From Ignavibacteriota bacterium (lineage in GTDB: Bacteria > Bacteroidota > Ignavibacteria > UBA10030): a stretch of DNA of 64,000 nt. Made by a program: the position numbers and the translations under genes. The first letter of the stretch is position 1. Each line of letters begins with the position of its first letter. This document shows positions 10,146 through 20,326 of this stretch, one piece after another. The notes under the pieces are model-generated. The model saw only the letters and a program-made list of their open reading frames with translations, ran no database searches and was not told the DNA's origin. The stretch covers positions 10,225 to 74,224 of the forward strand of contig PLMK01000006.1 of the NCBI GenBank assembly GCA_003142475.1. Direction: 5' to 3'.

Positions 10146-12959
10146 TCAAAAAGTCCCAGGACGTATTGTATAAGTTACTGTCAGCATTACGTAATTGGTC
10201 AATATTTTTGATCGCGTGTCTTCAATATATGCCGATGTCACTGTGTGCGATATAGAACTGTTCTGATGCAATACGTCAAAGGCGTTGAGGGCAATTTCAA
10301 GACTTTGATTCTTTAATAATTTTTTGGCAATACCGAGATTCCAGAGAATATAATGCTGGTCCTCCGATGTGCCTTCCGCATCGTATAATTGACGAGTCAA
10401 ATCACTTCGCATTATAATTCCATTCCACACATTAATGTTTGTTCTGAGGTTTGCATTGTGCTGATAATAATGCGTATTCAGACTGGATTCTTCGGTGTTT
10501 CTAGAATAGGTTAATGTATAATTATACATCAGCGTAAAATCGATATCCTCATTAATATTACTGGCTAGTACGACCCCCTGATTTAAACCATATGCTTGAG
10601 AATAATTCAAAACAGTATTAGTTACAGCTGGCATGCGTGCGTACGACAATCCAGTATTGATATTAAAATTGCATTGAATCCAATCAAGGGGGATACCATA
10701 GGAACACATAGAGTTTACGTTGTAATGACCATTCACATTGACCGGCATAGTTAATTGTGTCCCCTTGTTCAATATTGTGCCATTACTTAAAGTTGTATCG
10801 TGAGAAAAGAGATACGTCGAAGAAGCGATATAATGGTTAGTTGTGCGAACATTAAGCATAACAAAAAGGGAACTGCCATTTATGATATTGTTGAAAGAAT
10901 AATGCAGCATCAACTCGTGCGAGTAGCTTTGAGAAAGGCTTGGATTTCCGGATGTTAACATTGTGGATTTAGTATTATCCATTACATTTTGTAATTGACT
11001 GATAGAGGGTGACGCTGTCGAAGTCTTGTACATTAAATGGAATGAAATAGAAGAAGATGGCTTGTACATCATCAACACCATAGGCAAAATATTTGAATAA
11101 TCTCTGCTCAAAGAAAAAATTGCAGGGAATGTGTAATCGCCGCGCAAAGATGCTCGTTGAAAAGCGACATCTGCTATAAAATTCATTCTTTTCGTTTTCC
11201 CGCGATAGCCAAAACCAATTTGCTGTGTCACGTAGTCGCTGCTCAAGACATTTGACAACGAATCCTTTAAAAGGTTGTACTGCTGGTCATTTGGATCATA
11301 ATCATATACTTTTCTGTCAGACTCGTTCTTTGTTACCAACATATTATAGTTTAATTGAAATAAGTGATGTTCTCCAAATGGTTCTGTGTAGGAGATACTT
11401 GATCCTAGATTTCTCCCAGGAGAACAAGAAATAGTTTTTTGATTTGTTGAATCGCTTTTCGCGATTGTATTATCATAGTAAGTTGTAAGGGATTGTGTCA
11501 ATCCATCGGATTGTGTCCGGTCGGTGTTGAAACGCACTTGGGCTACCAATGTTCGCCCTTGAAGATTGAACAGATGTCTATAAAGTGCAGAGGTTTCAAG
11601 ATTATATCCCTTTGAATTGGTCGACGATTTTACTTGAGCATTATTGATCGGGCTCCCATCAGGCATATTCATATATGAAGAAGAACTGCTTGACGCATCA
11701 TTGGATTGAGTACTCAATCGCGGATCAACAATAATTGTATTGAGCGAATCGATTTTATACTCCACCCGCATTTGAAGGCGGTGGTTATAATTATTGTTAT
11801 CAGTGTTGCTTTTTTCGTGATAAAGTTGATTTCCATTCGAACCAATTCCAAACTGACGATCAATAGTAATATCGTTGTCGTTCTTAATGATATTGCCAAA
11901 ATAATTTCCTGTTGTATACACGTCTTTTGCTAACTGGTTGCCGTAATTTAACCCGAACGAATGCACAGTGTTATCGCCGCTTTGTTGTCCGATAGAGTTC
12001 GATCCTTCGCCCGGAGGTCTGCCGTTTTCCCCGCCGGGACTTCCGCCTGCCCCGTTATTCATTATACCTAACATATCCTGTACAGCAAAATTTTGTTGAT
12101 TAATATCATTACTCGAAGCGATGATGGAATATCGTTCATCACCGTTAAACACGTTAAACATGGTGCCAGCGAGATATTTATCACCGCCATACCCACCATA
12201 TATTTTTCCGAATTCTCCATGCCGACGATCTTCTTTTGTAACAACATTCATAGTTTTTGTCGATTGGCCGTCGTCAAATTTTGTTAATTCTGCCTGATCG
12301 CTCAATTTGTTGTACACCTGAATATTGTCCACCATATCTGCCGGAAGATTACGCAGTGCAATCATTGGGTCACTTCCAAAAAACTCTTTCCCATCCACAA
12401 ACACTTGTTTGATTTCCTCTCCCTGCACTTTCACTGTTTTATCTTCCACGGTAATACCTGGAAGCTTTTTCACCAAATCTTCAATTGTTGCGTCAGGATT
12501 TGTTCGGAATGCTCCTGCATTAAATTGGATCGTGTCGTGGTGCTGTTCTACAGTCGGTAATTGTGCCACAACATCAACGCTTTGCATGAGGACAGGCTGC
12601 TGGATGAGTACAATTGTTCCAACATGTTCATGGGCACTTTGTACGGGAATATCTATTTTTGATTCACGAAATCCAACGCATGAAACTTTAAGGAGATATC
12701 GTGCATACGGTATATTGTTAAACTGAAAATATCCCTGTTCGTTAGTGGCAGTACTATAGCGAACATCAGAAGTATTATTACGCATTAAAAGAACGGTAAC
12801 ATGTTCTAACGGAGCACGGTTAATAGTGTCAATAACAATTCCTGTTAACGATGCTTCTTGTGCAACGAGGAAAACCGGCAGGAATACTAATCCTATGACA
12901 CATATCGCTACATTGTTTTTTCGAACACCTTGATAATTTCTTTTTGATGCTGGTATCAT
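10146..12959 (-). CDS. outer-membrane beta-barrel protein, TonB-dependent-receptor-like, with N-terminal carboxypeptidase-regulatory-like domain
   Basis: 937 aa with a signal peptide. The CarbopepD_reg-like N-terminus (GIVIDTINRAPLEHVTVLL...GYFQFNNIPYARYLLKVSCVGF) is the Bacteroidetes SusC/TBDR architecture. C-terminus ...RPGTF ends in an aromatic residue. Confidence 0.65.
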   Translation of the reverse strand: MIPASKRNYQGVRKNNVAICVIGLVFLPVFLVAQEASLTGIVIDTINRAPLEHVTVLLMRNNTSDVRYSTATNEQGYFQFNNIPYARYLLKVSCVGFRESKIDIPVQSAHEHVGTIVLIQQPVLMQSVDVVAQLPTVEQHHDTIQFNAGAFRTNPDATIEDLVKKLPGITVEDKTVKVQGEEIKQVFVDGKEFFGSDPMIALRNLPADMVDNIQVYNKLSDQAELTKFDDGQSTKTMNVVTKEDRRHGEFGKIYGGYGGDKYLAGTMFNVFNGDERYSIIASSNDINQQNFAVQDMLGIMNNGAGGSPGGENGRPPGEGSNSIGQQSGDNTVHSFGLNYGNQLAKDVYTTGNYFGNIIKNDNDITIDRQFGIGSNGNQLYHEKSNTDNNNYNHRLQMRVEYKIDSLNTIIVDPRLSTQSNDASSSSSSYMNMPDGSPINNAQVKSSTNSKGYNLETSALYRHLFNLQGRTLVAQVRFNTDRTQSDGLTQSLTTYYDNTIAKSDSTNQKTISCSPGRNLGSSISYTEPFGEHHLFQLNYNMLVTKNESDRKVYDYDPNDQQYNLLKDSLSNVLSSDYVTQQIGFGYRGKTKRMNFIADVAFQRASLRGDYTFPAIFSLSRDYSNILPMVLMMYKPSSSISFHLMYKTSTASPSISQLQNVMDNTKSTMLTSGNPSLSQSYSHELMLHYSFNNIINGSSLFVMLNVRTTNHYIASSTYLFSHDTTLSNGTILNKGTQLTMPVNVNGHYNVNSMCSYGIPLDWIQCNFNINTGLSYARMPAVTNTVLNYSQAYGLNQGVVLASNINEDIDFTLMYNYTLTYSRNTEESSLNTHYYQHNANLRTNINVWNGIIMRSDLTRQLYDAEGTSEDQHYILWNLGIAKKLLKNQSLEIALNAFDVLHQNSSISHTVTSAYIEDTRSKILTNYVMLTVTYTIRPGTF

Positions 12960-12987
12960 TATTCAATGATATTTGTGATGAAATAAT

Positions 12988-13089
12988 TACAGTATCTCGA
13001 CTACAGTAATGTAAAGTATTCTTGAAATGTTGAGTTAAAATGAGGATAAATATTTGCTAAAGATGAAAAGAGTTTGTTAAGAGTGTTAA
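12988..13089 (+). promoter_or_regulatory. conserved ~100-bp cis-element, copy B, between the outer-membrane barrel gene and the histidine-kinase gene
   Basis: Same orientation and same distance (~75-110 bp) from a minus-strand gene start as copy A. Core gagttaaaatgaggataaatatttgctaaagatgaaaagagtttgttaagagtgttaa. Confidence 0.55.
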
Positions 13090-13130
13090 AAAACAATGAA
13101 GAAGAATAAATGGATGTGTATATTTGAATT

Positions 13131-14837
13131 ATGAAACTCCTGCAAACATACGGTAGTGCAGTTATCATTGTTGTCATTGCCATGGTGATCATACTTCCGC
13201 TTCTCGCTTATTTACAATACACATGGCTTGGTCAAATAAGCGAACAAGAATATGAACGGATGAAACAAAATTTGCAGACTACTGCATTTCATTGTTCCAT
13301 GGATTTCAGCCGTGAAATAACAGACTTAATGAAATCCCTTGGTGGAACACTTATCGGCTCCGACGATGACGTAGAAAAGACATTGCACGAGAGAATTATA
13401 AAGTGGCAAACAATATCCACATATCCTGCGATTGTTTCCACAGAAATCAAGATCGGTTCTTCGCCTTCTCCTGAACAGACTGTTCAGATCAAAGCGGACG
13501 AAGAATCAATGCTTTTTCTATTTAAAGATTTATCCGCAATGGCTATACCAATTAAGAACCGATCTCATGAAGTTGTCTTAGTACCATTAAATCTTGAATA
13601 TATTTCATCTTCAATTCTGCCAAAGATTATAAAAACAAATTTTTCATCGATTACTAGATCTGAATATGATATCGTTATCATCAATGACAAAGGAAATCAT
13701 ATTTACAATTCAGTTGATACAACGAAGCATGATATTCTTCAGAAAGCCGATCTTGTTATTCCATTTTTAACCTTCCCGCAAGTGCCGCCGCTTTCTTCGA
13801 TGCCGCCCGATCGACCGATTCTTAATCGAATGCATCTATACCGAGAGAATCCGCCTGAACCATTTGAACGAAATCCGAGAGAACTCGAGCGCAGATATGA
13901 CCTTCCTCCCCCACAAGGAAATATGATGCCAAGGGAAGAGGAAAGAAGATTGAGAGAACGTGGATTATTCGAGATGCAGTTGAAACATCGTGAGGGTTCT
14001 TTAGAAATAGCAGTAAATAAAAATCGACTGCGAAATTTCGGAATTAGTTTCGGTGTTTTGATTTTACTCGGAGCAAGCATTGTCTTTCTTCTTCTTTCTA
14101 CAAATAGAGCACGGCGTCTTGCGCAACAGCAATTGGAATTCGTTGCCGGCATCTCACACGAACTGCGAACACCTCTCGCTGTTCTGAAATCAGCAGGCGA
14201 GAATCTTGCAGACGGCGTCATTCAGGAAAAAGACCGCACACGGAAATATGGAGAGCTTATTAAAAATGAAGTTATTCGTCTTTCCGATATGGTCGAAAAG
14301 GCATTAGCATATGCCGGTATCCACTCTGGAAAACAAAACTATGAACTGCGTTCTATCGATATTACACCTATCATTACAGAAGCGATACAAAATGCAAAAA
14401 AACTCTTGCCATCGTATAATTTTAAGGCCGATACAGTTATTGATCTAAATCTTCCACAAGTGCTTGGAGATGCAACTGCATTACAATCAGCAATAGAGAA
14501 CCTAATCGTCAACGGGATAAAATATAGCTTAGAAAAGAAGTGGATCAATATCGAAGCACATCAAGTGAAAAACTCAAATGGATCGTTTGTAGAAATCAAA
14601 GTTATAGATCGCGGTATCGGTATTGCAGCGGCAGATTTTTCCCACATTTTCAAACCTTTTTATCGAGGCCAAAATGCAATAGAAGGACAAATACAGGGCA
14701 GTGGCCTTGGATTGAGTATAACAAGACATATTATTGAATTGCATGGAGGAACAATTTCTATAAAAAGTTCGCCTAATGAAGGAAGTGTATTTACAATTCT
14801 CCTTCCTTCAATAATACAGGATGAAGAAAGTAAATGA
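13131..14837 (+). CDS. sensor histidine kinase (two transmembrane helices, periplasmic sensor domain)
   Basis: HisKA H-box AGISHELRTPLAVLK and HATPase_c motifs (NLIVNGIKYS, GSGLGLSI). The periplasmic part has a Pro/Arg/Glu-rich low-complexity stretch before the second transmembrane helix. Confidence 0.85.
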   Translation: MKLLQTYGSAVIIVVIAMVIILPLLAYLQYTWLGQISEQEYERMKQNLQTTAFHCSMDFSREITDLMKSLGGTLIGSDDDVEKTLHERIIKWQTISTYPAIVSTEIKIGSSPSPEQTVQIKADEESMLFLFKDLSAMAIPIKNRSHEVVLVPLNLEYISSSILPKIIKTNFSSITRSEYDIVIINDKGNHIYNSVDTTKHDILQKADLVIPFLTFPQVPPLSSMPPDRPILNRMHLYRENPPEPFERNPRELERRYDLPPPQGNMMPREEERRLRERGLFEMQLKHREGSLEIAVNKNRLRNFGISFGVLILLGASIVFLLLSTNRARRLAQQQLEFVAGISHELRTPLAVLKSAGENLADGVIQEKDRTRKYGELIKNEVIRLSDMVEKALAYAGIHSGKQNYELRSIDITPIITEAIQNAKKLLPSYNFKADTVIDLNLPQVLGDATALQSAIENLIVNGIKYSLEKKWINIEAHQVKNSNGSFVEIKVIDRGIGIAAADFSHIFKPFYRGQNAIEGQIQGSGLGLSITRHIIELHGGTISIKSSPNEGSVFTILLPSIIQDEESK

Positions 14838-15535
14838 TCTCAGGCCAAAAGAGAATTCTTTTAGTAGAAGATGAAACCGGCTTAGTGTTGACATTGACAG
14901 ATAGACTTTCAAGCGAAGGATATGCAGTTACACATGCTGGTGATGGAGAAAAAGGTGAGAAGCTCGCATCCGAAGGACATTTTGATGTAATTCTTCTTGA
15001 TGTGATGCTGCCGAAAAAGAACGGATTTGATATTATCAGGGATCTGCGTAAGCGAGGAGTCACCACGCCAGTTTTGATGCTAACCGCTCGGGGGCAACTA
15101 AACGAAAAGGTTGTCGGGTTGAAACTTGGTGCTGATGATTATCTCACGAAACCTTTCGAAACGCTTGAACTGCTTGCACGAATAGAATCACTCTTGCGGC
15201 GGCATGCACCGGTAATTATTCCTATCTTGGAACTTGCGTCATATTCTTTTGGATTATTTAAAATTGATTTTATAAAGATGGAAATAAAGCGCAAAGGCAA
15301 ACTGATCGAACTCTCAGCACGCGAATTTCTGCTACTTCGATACTTCATCGAACATCGCGGCAGTGTCTTATCCCGCGAAACTATTCTTAACGATGTGTGG
15401 GGTTATGATGCAATGCCCACCACAAGAACTATCGACACTCACATTACTTGGCTTCGGCAAAAATTAGAAGAGAATCCAAAATTTCCTAAGTACATTCTCA
15501 CAGTTCATGGATTCGGATACAAGTTTGTTGGATAA
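14834..15535 (+). CDS. OmpR/PhoB-family response regulator
   Basis: Receiver domain (ILLVEDE...DVILLDVMLP) plus winged-helix trans_reg_C (LSAREFLLLRYFIEHRGSVLSRETILNDVWG). Its ATG overlaps the histidine-kinase stop (ATGA). Confidence 0.9.
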   Translation: MISGQKRILLVEDETGLVLTLTDRLSSEGYAVTHAGDGEKGEKLASEGHFDVILLDVMLPKKNGFDIIRDLRKRGVTTPVLMLTARGQLNEKVVGLKLGADDYLTKPFETLELLARIESLLRRHAPVIIPILELASYSFGLFKIDFIKMEIKRKGKLIELSAREFLLLRYFIEHRGSVLSRETILNDVWGYDAMPTTRTIDTHITWLRQKLEENPKFPKYILTVHGFGYKFVG

Positions 15536-15754
15536 TCCCCAATCCAAACTAGTACAATAAAAACATACAAGGAGTTTTTTCGATACGTTTGGCTTAGTAC
15601 TATTGATTTGCAGGTTTAAATCAAAGGTTCATCAGTCCACAACAATCAGAAGTGGCATTTGCGATGACAATATACGAAATTGTATTAATCAGTAACTAAA
15701 ACGAGATTCATCATTCAAAGAAAAATTCATATTGTAACACTCGTTGCAACCTTT

Positions 15755-17260
15755 TTGTTGTTATTTGTCCAATGTTCCTTGTCTGCACAGCAACAAAAGA
15801 AGCCACAGGCGTTCCGGAGCACAGACGTTGAATCAATACCACTCGTTCTTCCCTCCACTCTTGATCTCCAGTTACTCGAAGAATTCGTTCTAATGCAGAA
15901 AGCAAATGCTGGCGAATCACCAGCACAGCATGAATTGGGATTACGCTATTTATTCGGTAAAGGATTTCCAGCCGATACCGCAAAAGCATCTTATTGGATT
16001 CAAAAAGCTGCAGATCAACACCTGCCGCCTGCGCAATTTAACCTGGGTATTTTACTAATGAATGGTCGCGGAGTTGAGTGGAATCCTTTTGAGGCATTCA
16101 AACAGTTTCGTGCCGCCGCCGAACAAGATATACCAGAAGCGCTTTATGTGACGGGACTAATGTACACTGAAGAACTTATTGTACCGCGGAGCTGGCCAAA
16201 AGCTTACGGCTTTTTTAAAAAGGCATCTGAACTCGGATCAGATGCCGCAAAGGTTACAAAGAAAGAAATGGAACGACGTGGGCTGGATAAGATAGACACT
16301 TTGGATATTATGGCGCCCAGAAAGGAACATCCGAAGAACAATACGACTCGGTCGATGCCAATCGATACAGGATCCAGTCTTTTGTTCATTGATTTCCACA
16401 CCGACACAACTTCAACTATTGAAGATACAACTCTTATTCGTGAAGCGTACCAAGGAATTGATACTCTCTCTCAATCGACAACCACTGAAAAGAACACGAC
16501 AGCAAGTCTGGACCCTAGCATTCAATCGTTATTGTCAAAAGTAGCAAAGTCTGGAAATCCGGAAGCACTTTGTCTGCTTGGACGTTGTTATGAACGTGGA
16601 CTAAATGTTCGCAAGGATATTATTCTTGCAGGTGTGTATTACTTGCGTGCTTTTATTCTTAACTCATATCGAGCACCGGCGTTGCTTTGGAAGTTGATGA
16701 ATACAGTAGAATTTGCCCGTGAACTTGAATTACGATCCTCAAAAAACGACCCAGATGCACTTTATCTGTGGTCTGGGATAACATCTATCGGTTTCAGTAA
16801 GCTGTTGAATGAGAAACAGGCATTCGATCTTCTCCAACGTGCGGCGGCGGCGGGACAATTGCCCGCGATGGTAGAATTAGGATCGTGTTACCTCACTGGA
16901 CGATGGGTTCAACAGGATCGTGATAAAGCAATTGAGTTATGGAATCGCGCCTCTCGATTAGGCAGTGTTGAGGCAGATATTCGTCTTGCGGGAGCAAATC
17001 TATTAGGCCAAATTCATACGGAAGAAATAGATTCTGCGTTGTTTGTTCTCCGAGTTACATCTCAAAATGGTTCATTGCTTTCGGATTTGACGCTAGCACA
17101 TTGCTATGAAAAAGGAATTGGATTGACACAGAACAAAGGTGAGGCGTACCGCATCTTTCATAAATCAATGCTGAGAGGAAGTGAGACAGCATTTCGTGCT
17201 CTTCGCAGTATGCATGATGAAATACGTCCCTCTACACAAGAATTTCAAATGCCAGACTGA
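15755..17260 (+). CDS. Sel1-repeat (TPR-like) secreted protein
   Basis: Repeated Sel1 motifs (A...LG..Y..G.GV..D...A..W..KAA.QG). TTG start; an alternative TTG lies at 15743. Confidence 0.6.
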   Translation: MLLFVQCSLSAQQQKKPQAFRSTDVESIPLVLPSTLDLQLLEEFVLMQKANAGESPAQHELGLRYLFGKGFPADTAKASYWIQKAADQHLPPAQFNLGILLMNGRGVEWNPFEAFKQFRAAAEQDIPEALYVTGLMYTEELIVPRSWPKAYGFFKKASELGSDAAKVTKKEMERRGLDKIDTLDIMAPRKEHPKNNTTRSMPIDTGSSLLFIDFHTDTTSTIEDTTLIREAYQGIDTLSQSTTTEKNTTASLDPSIQSLLSKVAKSGNPEALCLLGRCYERGLNVRKDIILAGVYYLRAFILNSYRAPALLWKLMNTVEFARELELRSSKNDPDALYLWSGITSIGFSKLLNEKQAFDLLQRAAAAGQLPAMVELGSCYLTGRWVQQDRDKAIELWNRASRLGSVEADIRLAGANLLGQIHTEEIDSALFVLRVTSQNGSLLSDLTLAHCYEKGIGLTQNKGEAYRIFHKSMLRGSETAFRALRSMHDEIRPSTQEFQMPD

Positions 17261-17333
17261 AACTGAATAAAGACTGAGAAGAAAGAACTCTTGAAGGAAC
17301 CCTGTAAGGATATCACACCTCAATCTCCGCTAA

Positions 17334-17429
17334 TAGATCTACCGAAGGAATAAAATTCCAACTCCGGCAACTGCCGTACACGCTCCAATGATAGCACGCC
17401 AAGAGAGCTTCTCGTGAAATAGAATCCAT
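17334..17429. repeat. 96-bp direct repeat, copy 1 (relic 3' ends of sensor and EamA paralogues)
   Basis: About 90% identical to 20309..20404. Retains in-frame codons ...DLPKE* (sensor-like) and, on the opposite strand, ...LFHEKLSWRAIIGACTAVAGVGILFLR* (EamA-like). Confidence 0.8.
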
Positions 17430-17503
17430 ACATTGATTCTTGTTCACCGTTATATTAGATTAATACTTAGTGTGATTCATTTCATTCATTAATAAATACG
17501 GCT

Positions 17504-20326
17504 ATGCAAAAAATTAATGTGATAGTAATGAGAATAGCGCTTCTATTTCTTGCGTCATTATTTACTATTTTTAGCACAATTGCCCAAACTGAGAAAATGG
17601 CATTTAAAAGCCTGACTACAAGCATGGGTTTGTCTCATGGAGATGTGTTGTGCTTTTATCAGGACCATGACGGTTATATTTGGATCGGTACGACGGATGG
17701 TTTAAACAAATATGATGGTGTCGGATTTACTGTATACAAAAATAATCAAAAAGATTCCACTTCTTTAATAAGTAGTTACATTAACTGTATATATGAAGAC
17801 AAACAAAATAATCTCTGGATTGGATTACAAGACGGTTTATGCAGATATGACCGGGATAAAAATAATTTCGAGAGAATATCCTTCATTGATATTCACGATA
17901 ACAAATTTGGTAATTCTGTAAATCAAATATTTGAAGACAATAGTAAGGGGTTGTGGGTTGGATGCAGTGAAGGAGTATATTTATTTAACAGGGAAAATAA
18001 AAGATTTACTGCCTGCTTTAAGGATTCTTCCAACATAAATACTTTAATGAATTGTTCCGGTATATGCCAGGATAAAGACGGGATGCTTTGGTTCTCTTTT
18101 ACGCATGCTCCTAACCTTGGTATCATACAATACAATGCGGTAACAAATACGGCAATCCAATATAGCACACAAAATCCTCTATATAAATTAAGGGAAAATT
18201 CTGTCAATTGCTTAATGGTTGATAACCAAAATAATATTTGGGTTGGTCATATTTCAAGCGGCATTGAGGTAATCAATTTACGAACAAAAACAATTACCAG
18301 CTATCAGACTATTGTCAATAATCATAATTCTTTAAGCAATAACAATATTTTTTCGATGGCACAGAATAAGGATGGGAAAATACTTATCGGTACGAATGGA
18401 GGAGGTATAAGTGTTTTCGATCCCAGCACAAAATTATTCTGCCAATACACTGCATCGGAATCCGATCGGTCATTATTAAGTAATGTCATTCAAAGAATAT
18501 ACATTAGTCGCGATGGTATGGTGTGGATTGGATGTTGGGGGGCCGGCGTAAGCATTTATGATAAGCGCTTTGAACGGTTTGCACTATATAGACAAAATAA
18601 AGAAGACATAAATTCTTTAGATGGTAGCTCGGTTACGTGTTTTACACAAGATTTAAATGGAAATATATGGATAGCGACAGATGGCGGCGGAATTAATTCA
18701 TTTAATCCGTCTACAGGAAACTTCACAAGACACAGAAGCGATAGTAAAAATCCTCTGACGTTAACCAACAACAAGGTTTTGGCGCTCAATAAAGATAATA
18801 AGGGCGGTTTGTGGGCAGGTATGTGGCAGGGCGGATTAAACTATTTTAAAATAGACGGTGATAAACTTATTTTAAAGAAGAAATACAATTTTGTTGATGA
18901 AAACGATTTGACCAGTAATAGTATTTTTAATATTTATTTTAATAAAGACAATGAACTCTGGGTAGGAAATTATTTAAGCGGGGCATATAAATATGATCCC
19001 TCTACTGAAAAATTTAAATCCATAAAATTTATTTCAGGAGCAATTACGTACATTTCAATAAGGGATATTTTATGTGATTCCTACAACGACGTATGGTTTG
19101 CCTCTGATACTTATGGTTTAACAAGGATGAACCGTGAATCCGGAGAAATTGACAGATTTATGCATGACGAAAAAGATAGCACCAGCTTGATTAAAAACTC
19201 AATAAATGTTGTTTTTGAAGACAGCAAAAAACGTTTATGGGTTAGTGGTGATGGAGATGGATTGAATCTTTTTAACCGTAAAACTAAATCTTTTACACAT
19301 TATACTACTGAACAGGGATTGCCTGATAATTCACTTGTGGGGATATTGGAAGATGAACATGGTAATCTATGGATTAGCAGCCATAATGGTATTTCAAAGG
19401 CAACCATCGATTCAACAAATTCAATAAATGGAAAACTAGATCTTACATTCAGGAATTATACGGTTCAGGATGGATTACAAGGTAAAGTTTTTAATCGCTG
19501 GGCTTATTATAAAAGCAGAACAGGTGAAATGTATTTTGGCGGGCTTAATGGTTTCAACGTGTTTCATCCGGATAGTATAAAAGATAATAGTTATATACCC
19601 CCGGTCCATATTACTGATTTTTTACTGTTCAATAAACCAGTGATCATTGGAGCAAAAGGCTCGCCCCTGCAAAAGCATATTTCGCAAACAAAAAAATTGG
19701 TGTTAAATTATGACCAAACCAACTTTACATTTAAGTTTATTGCATTAAATTATATTTTCAGCGAAAAGAACCAATATGCTTATATAATGGAAGGTTTTGA
19801 GAAAGACTGGAATTATGTAGGAAATAAGAAAGAGGCTGTTTACACGAACCTTGACCCGGGTGAATATACATTCAGAGTCAAGGCTTCCAACAACGATGGT
19901 ATCTGGAACGAAGAAGGGACTTCAATCAAAATCATTATTCTGCCTCCGTGGTGGAACACCTGGTGGTTCTATAGCTTTATACTGGTTGTGATGATAGGAT
20001 TCGTGTTTGGTCTGTACCGATGGCGTGTTTGGCAACTCTTAGCAAGAGAAAAAATGTTAAAAGCCAATGTTAAAGAAGCCGTGGCAAAAATCAAAGTGCT
20101 AAACGGTCTTATCCCCATTTGTGCAAGCTGCAAGAAAATACGCGATGACAAAGGATATTGGGATCAGTTAGAAGGATATATCCAGAGTCACTCAGAAGCT
20201 AAATTTAGTCATGGTGTTTGTCCGGAGTGTGCTGAAAAGTTATATGGTGACTTTTATAAAAAAATGAAAAATCAACAAGATGTGACTTCCGCAATATCAC
20301 TGCCGCCAGATCTACCTAAGGAATAA
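17504..20326 (+). CDS. membrane sensor protein: periplasmic two-component-regulator beta-propeller/Y_Y_Y repeats, one transmembrane helix, cytoplasmic coiled coil and Cys-rich C-terminal domain (no kinase)
   Basis: Repeated WIGT..GL..YD units and the Y_Y_Y-like region are typical of Bacteroidetes hybrid sensors. Transmembrane helix WWFYSFILVVMIGFVFGLY. Instead of HisKA/HATPase it ends in IPICASCKKIRDDKGYWDQLEGYIQSHSEAKFSHGVCPECAEK. Confidence 0.75.
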   Translation: MQKINVIVMRIALLFLASLFTIFSTIAQTEKMAFKSLTTSMGLSHGDVLCFYQDHDGYIWIGTTDGLNKYDGVGFTVYKNNQKDSTSLISSYINCIYEDKQNNLWIGLQDGLCRYDRDKNNFERISFIDIHDNKFGNSVNQIFEDNSKGLWVGCSEGVYLFNRENKRFTACFKDSSNINTLMNCSGICQDKDGMLWFSFTHAPNLGIIQYNAVTNTAIQYSTQNPLYKLRENSVNCLMVDNQNNIWVGHISSGIEVINLRTKTITSYQTIVNNHNSLSNNNIFSMAQNKDGKILIGTNGGGISVFDPSTKLFCQYTASESDRSLLSNVIQRIYISRDGMVWIGCWGAGVSIYDKRFERFALYRQNKEDINSLDGSSVTCFTQDLNGNIWIATDGGGINSFNPSTGNFTRHRSDSKNPLTLTNNKVLALNKDNKGGLWAGMWQGGLNYFKIDGDKLILKKKYNFVDENDLTSNSIFNIYFNKDNELWVGNYLSGAYKYDPSTEKFKSIKFISGAITYISIRDILCDSYNDVWFASDTYGLTRMNRESGEIDRFMHDEKDSTSLIKNSINVVFEDSKKRLWVSGDGDGLNLFNRKTKSFTHYTTEQGLPDNSLVGILEDEHGNLWISSHNGISKATIDSTNSINGKLDLTFRNYTVQDGLQGKVFNRWAYYKSRTGEMYFGGLNGFNVFHPDSIKDNSYIPPVHITDFLLFNKPVIIGAKGSPLQKHISQTKKLVLNYDQTNFTFKFIALNYIFSEKNQYAYIMEGFEKDWNYVGNKKEAVYTNLDPGEYTFRVKASNNDGIWNEEGTSIKIIILPPWWNTWWFYSFILVVMIGFVFGLYRWRVWQLLAREKMLKANVKEAVAKIKVLNGLIPICASCKKIRDDKGYWDQLEGYIQSHSEAKFSHGVCPECAEKLYGDFYKKMKNQQDVTSAISLPPDLPKE

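Noticed and set aside
20312-20326. 15-bp overlap of convergent sensor and EamA genes considered as an annotation artefact
   Set aside because: Both reading frames are intact, and the same overlap is preserved (with synonymous changes) in the fossil copy at 17334..17429, so the overlap appears genuine.
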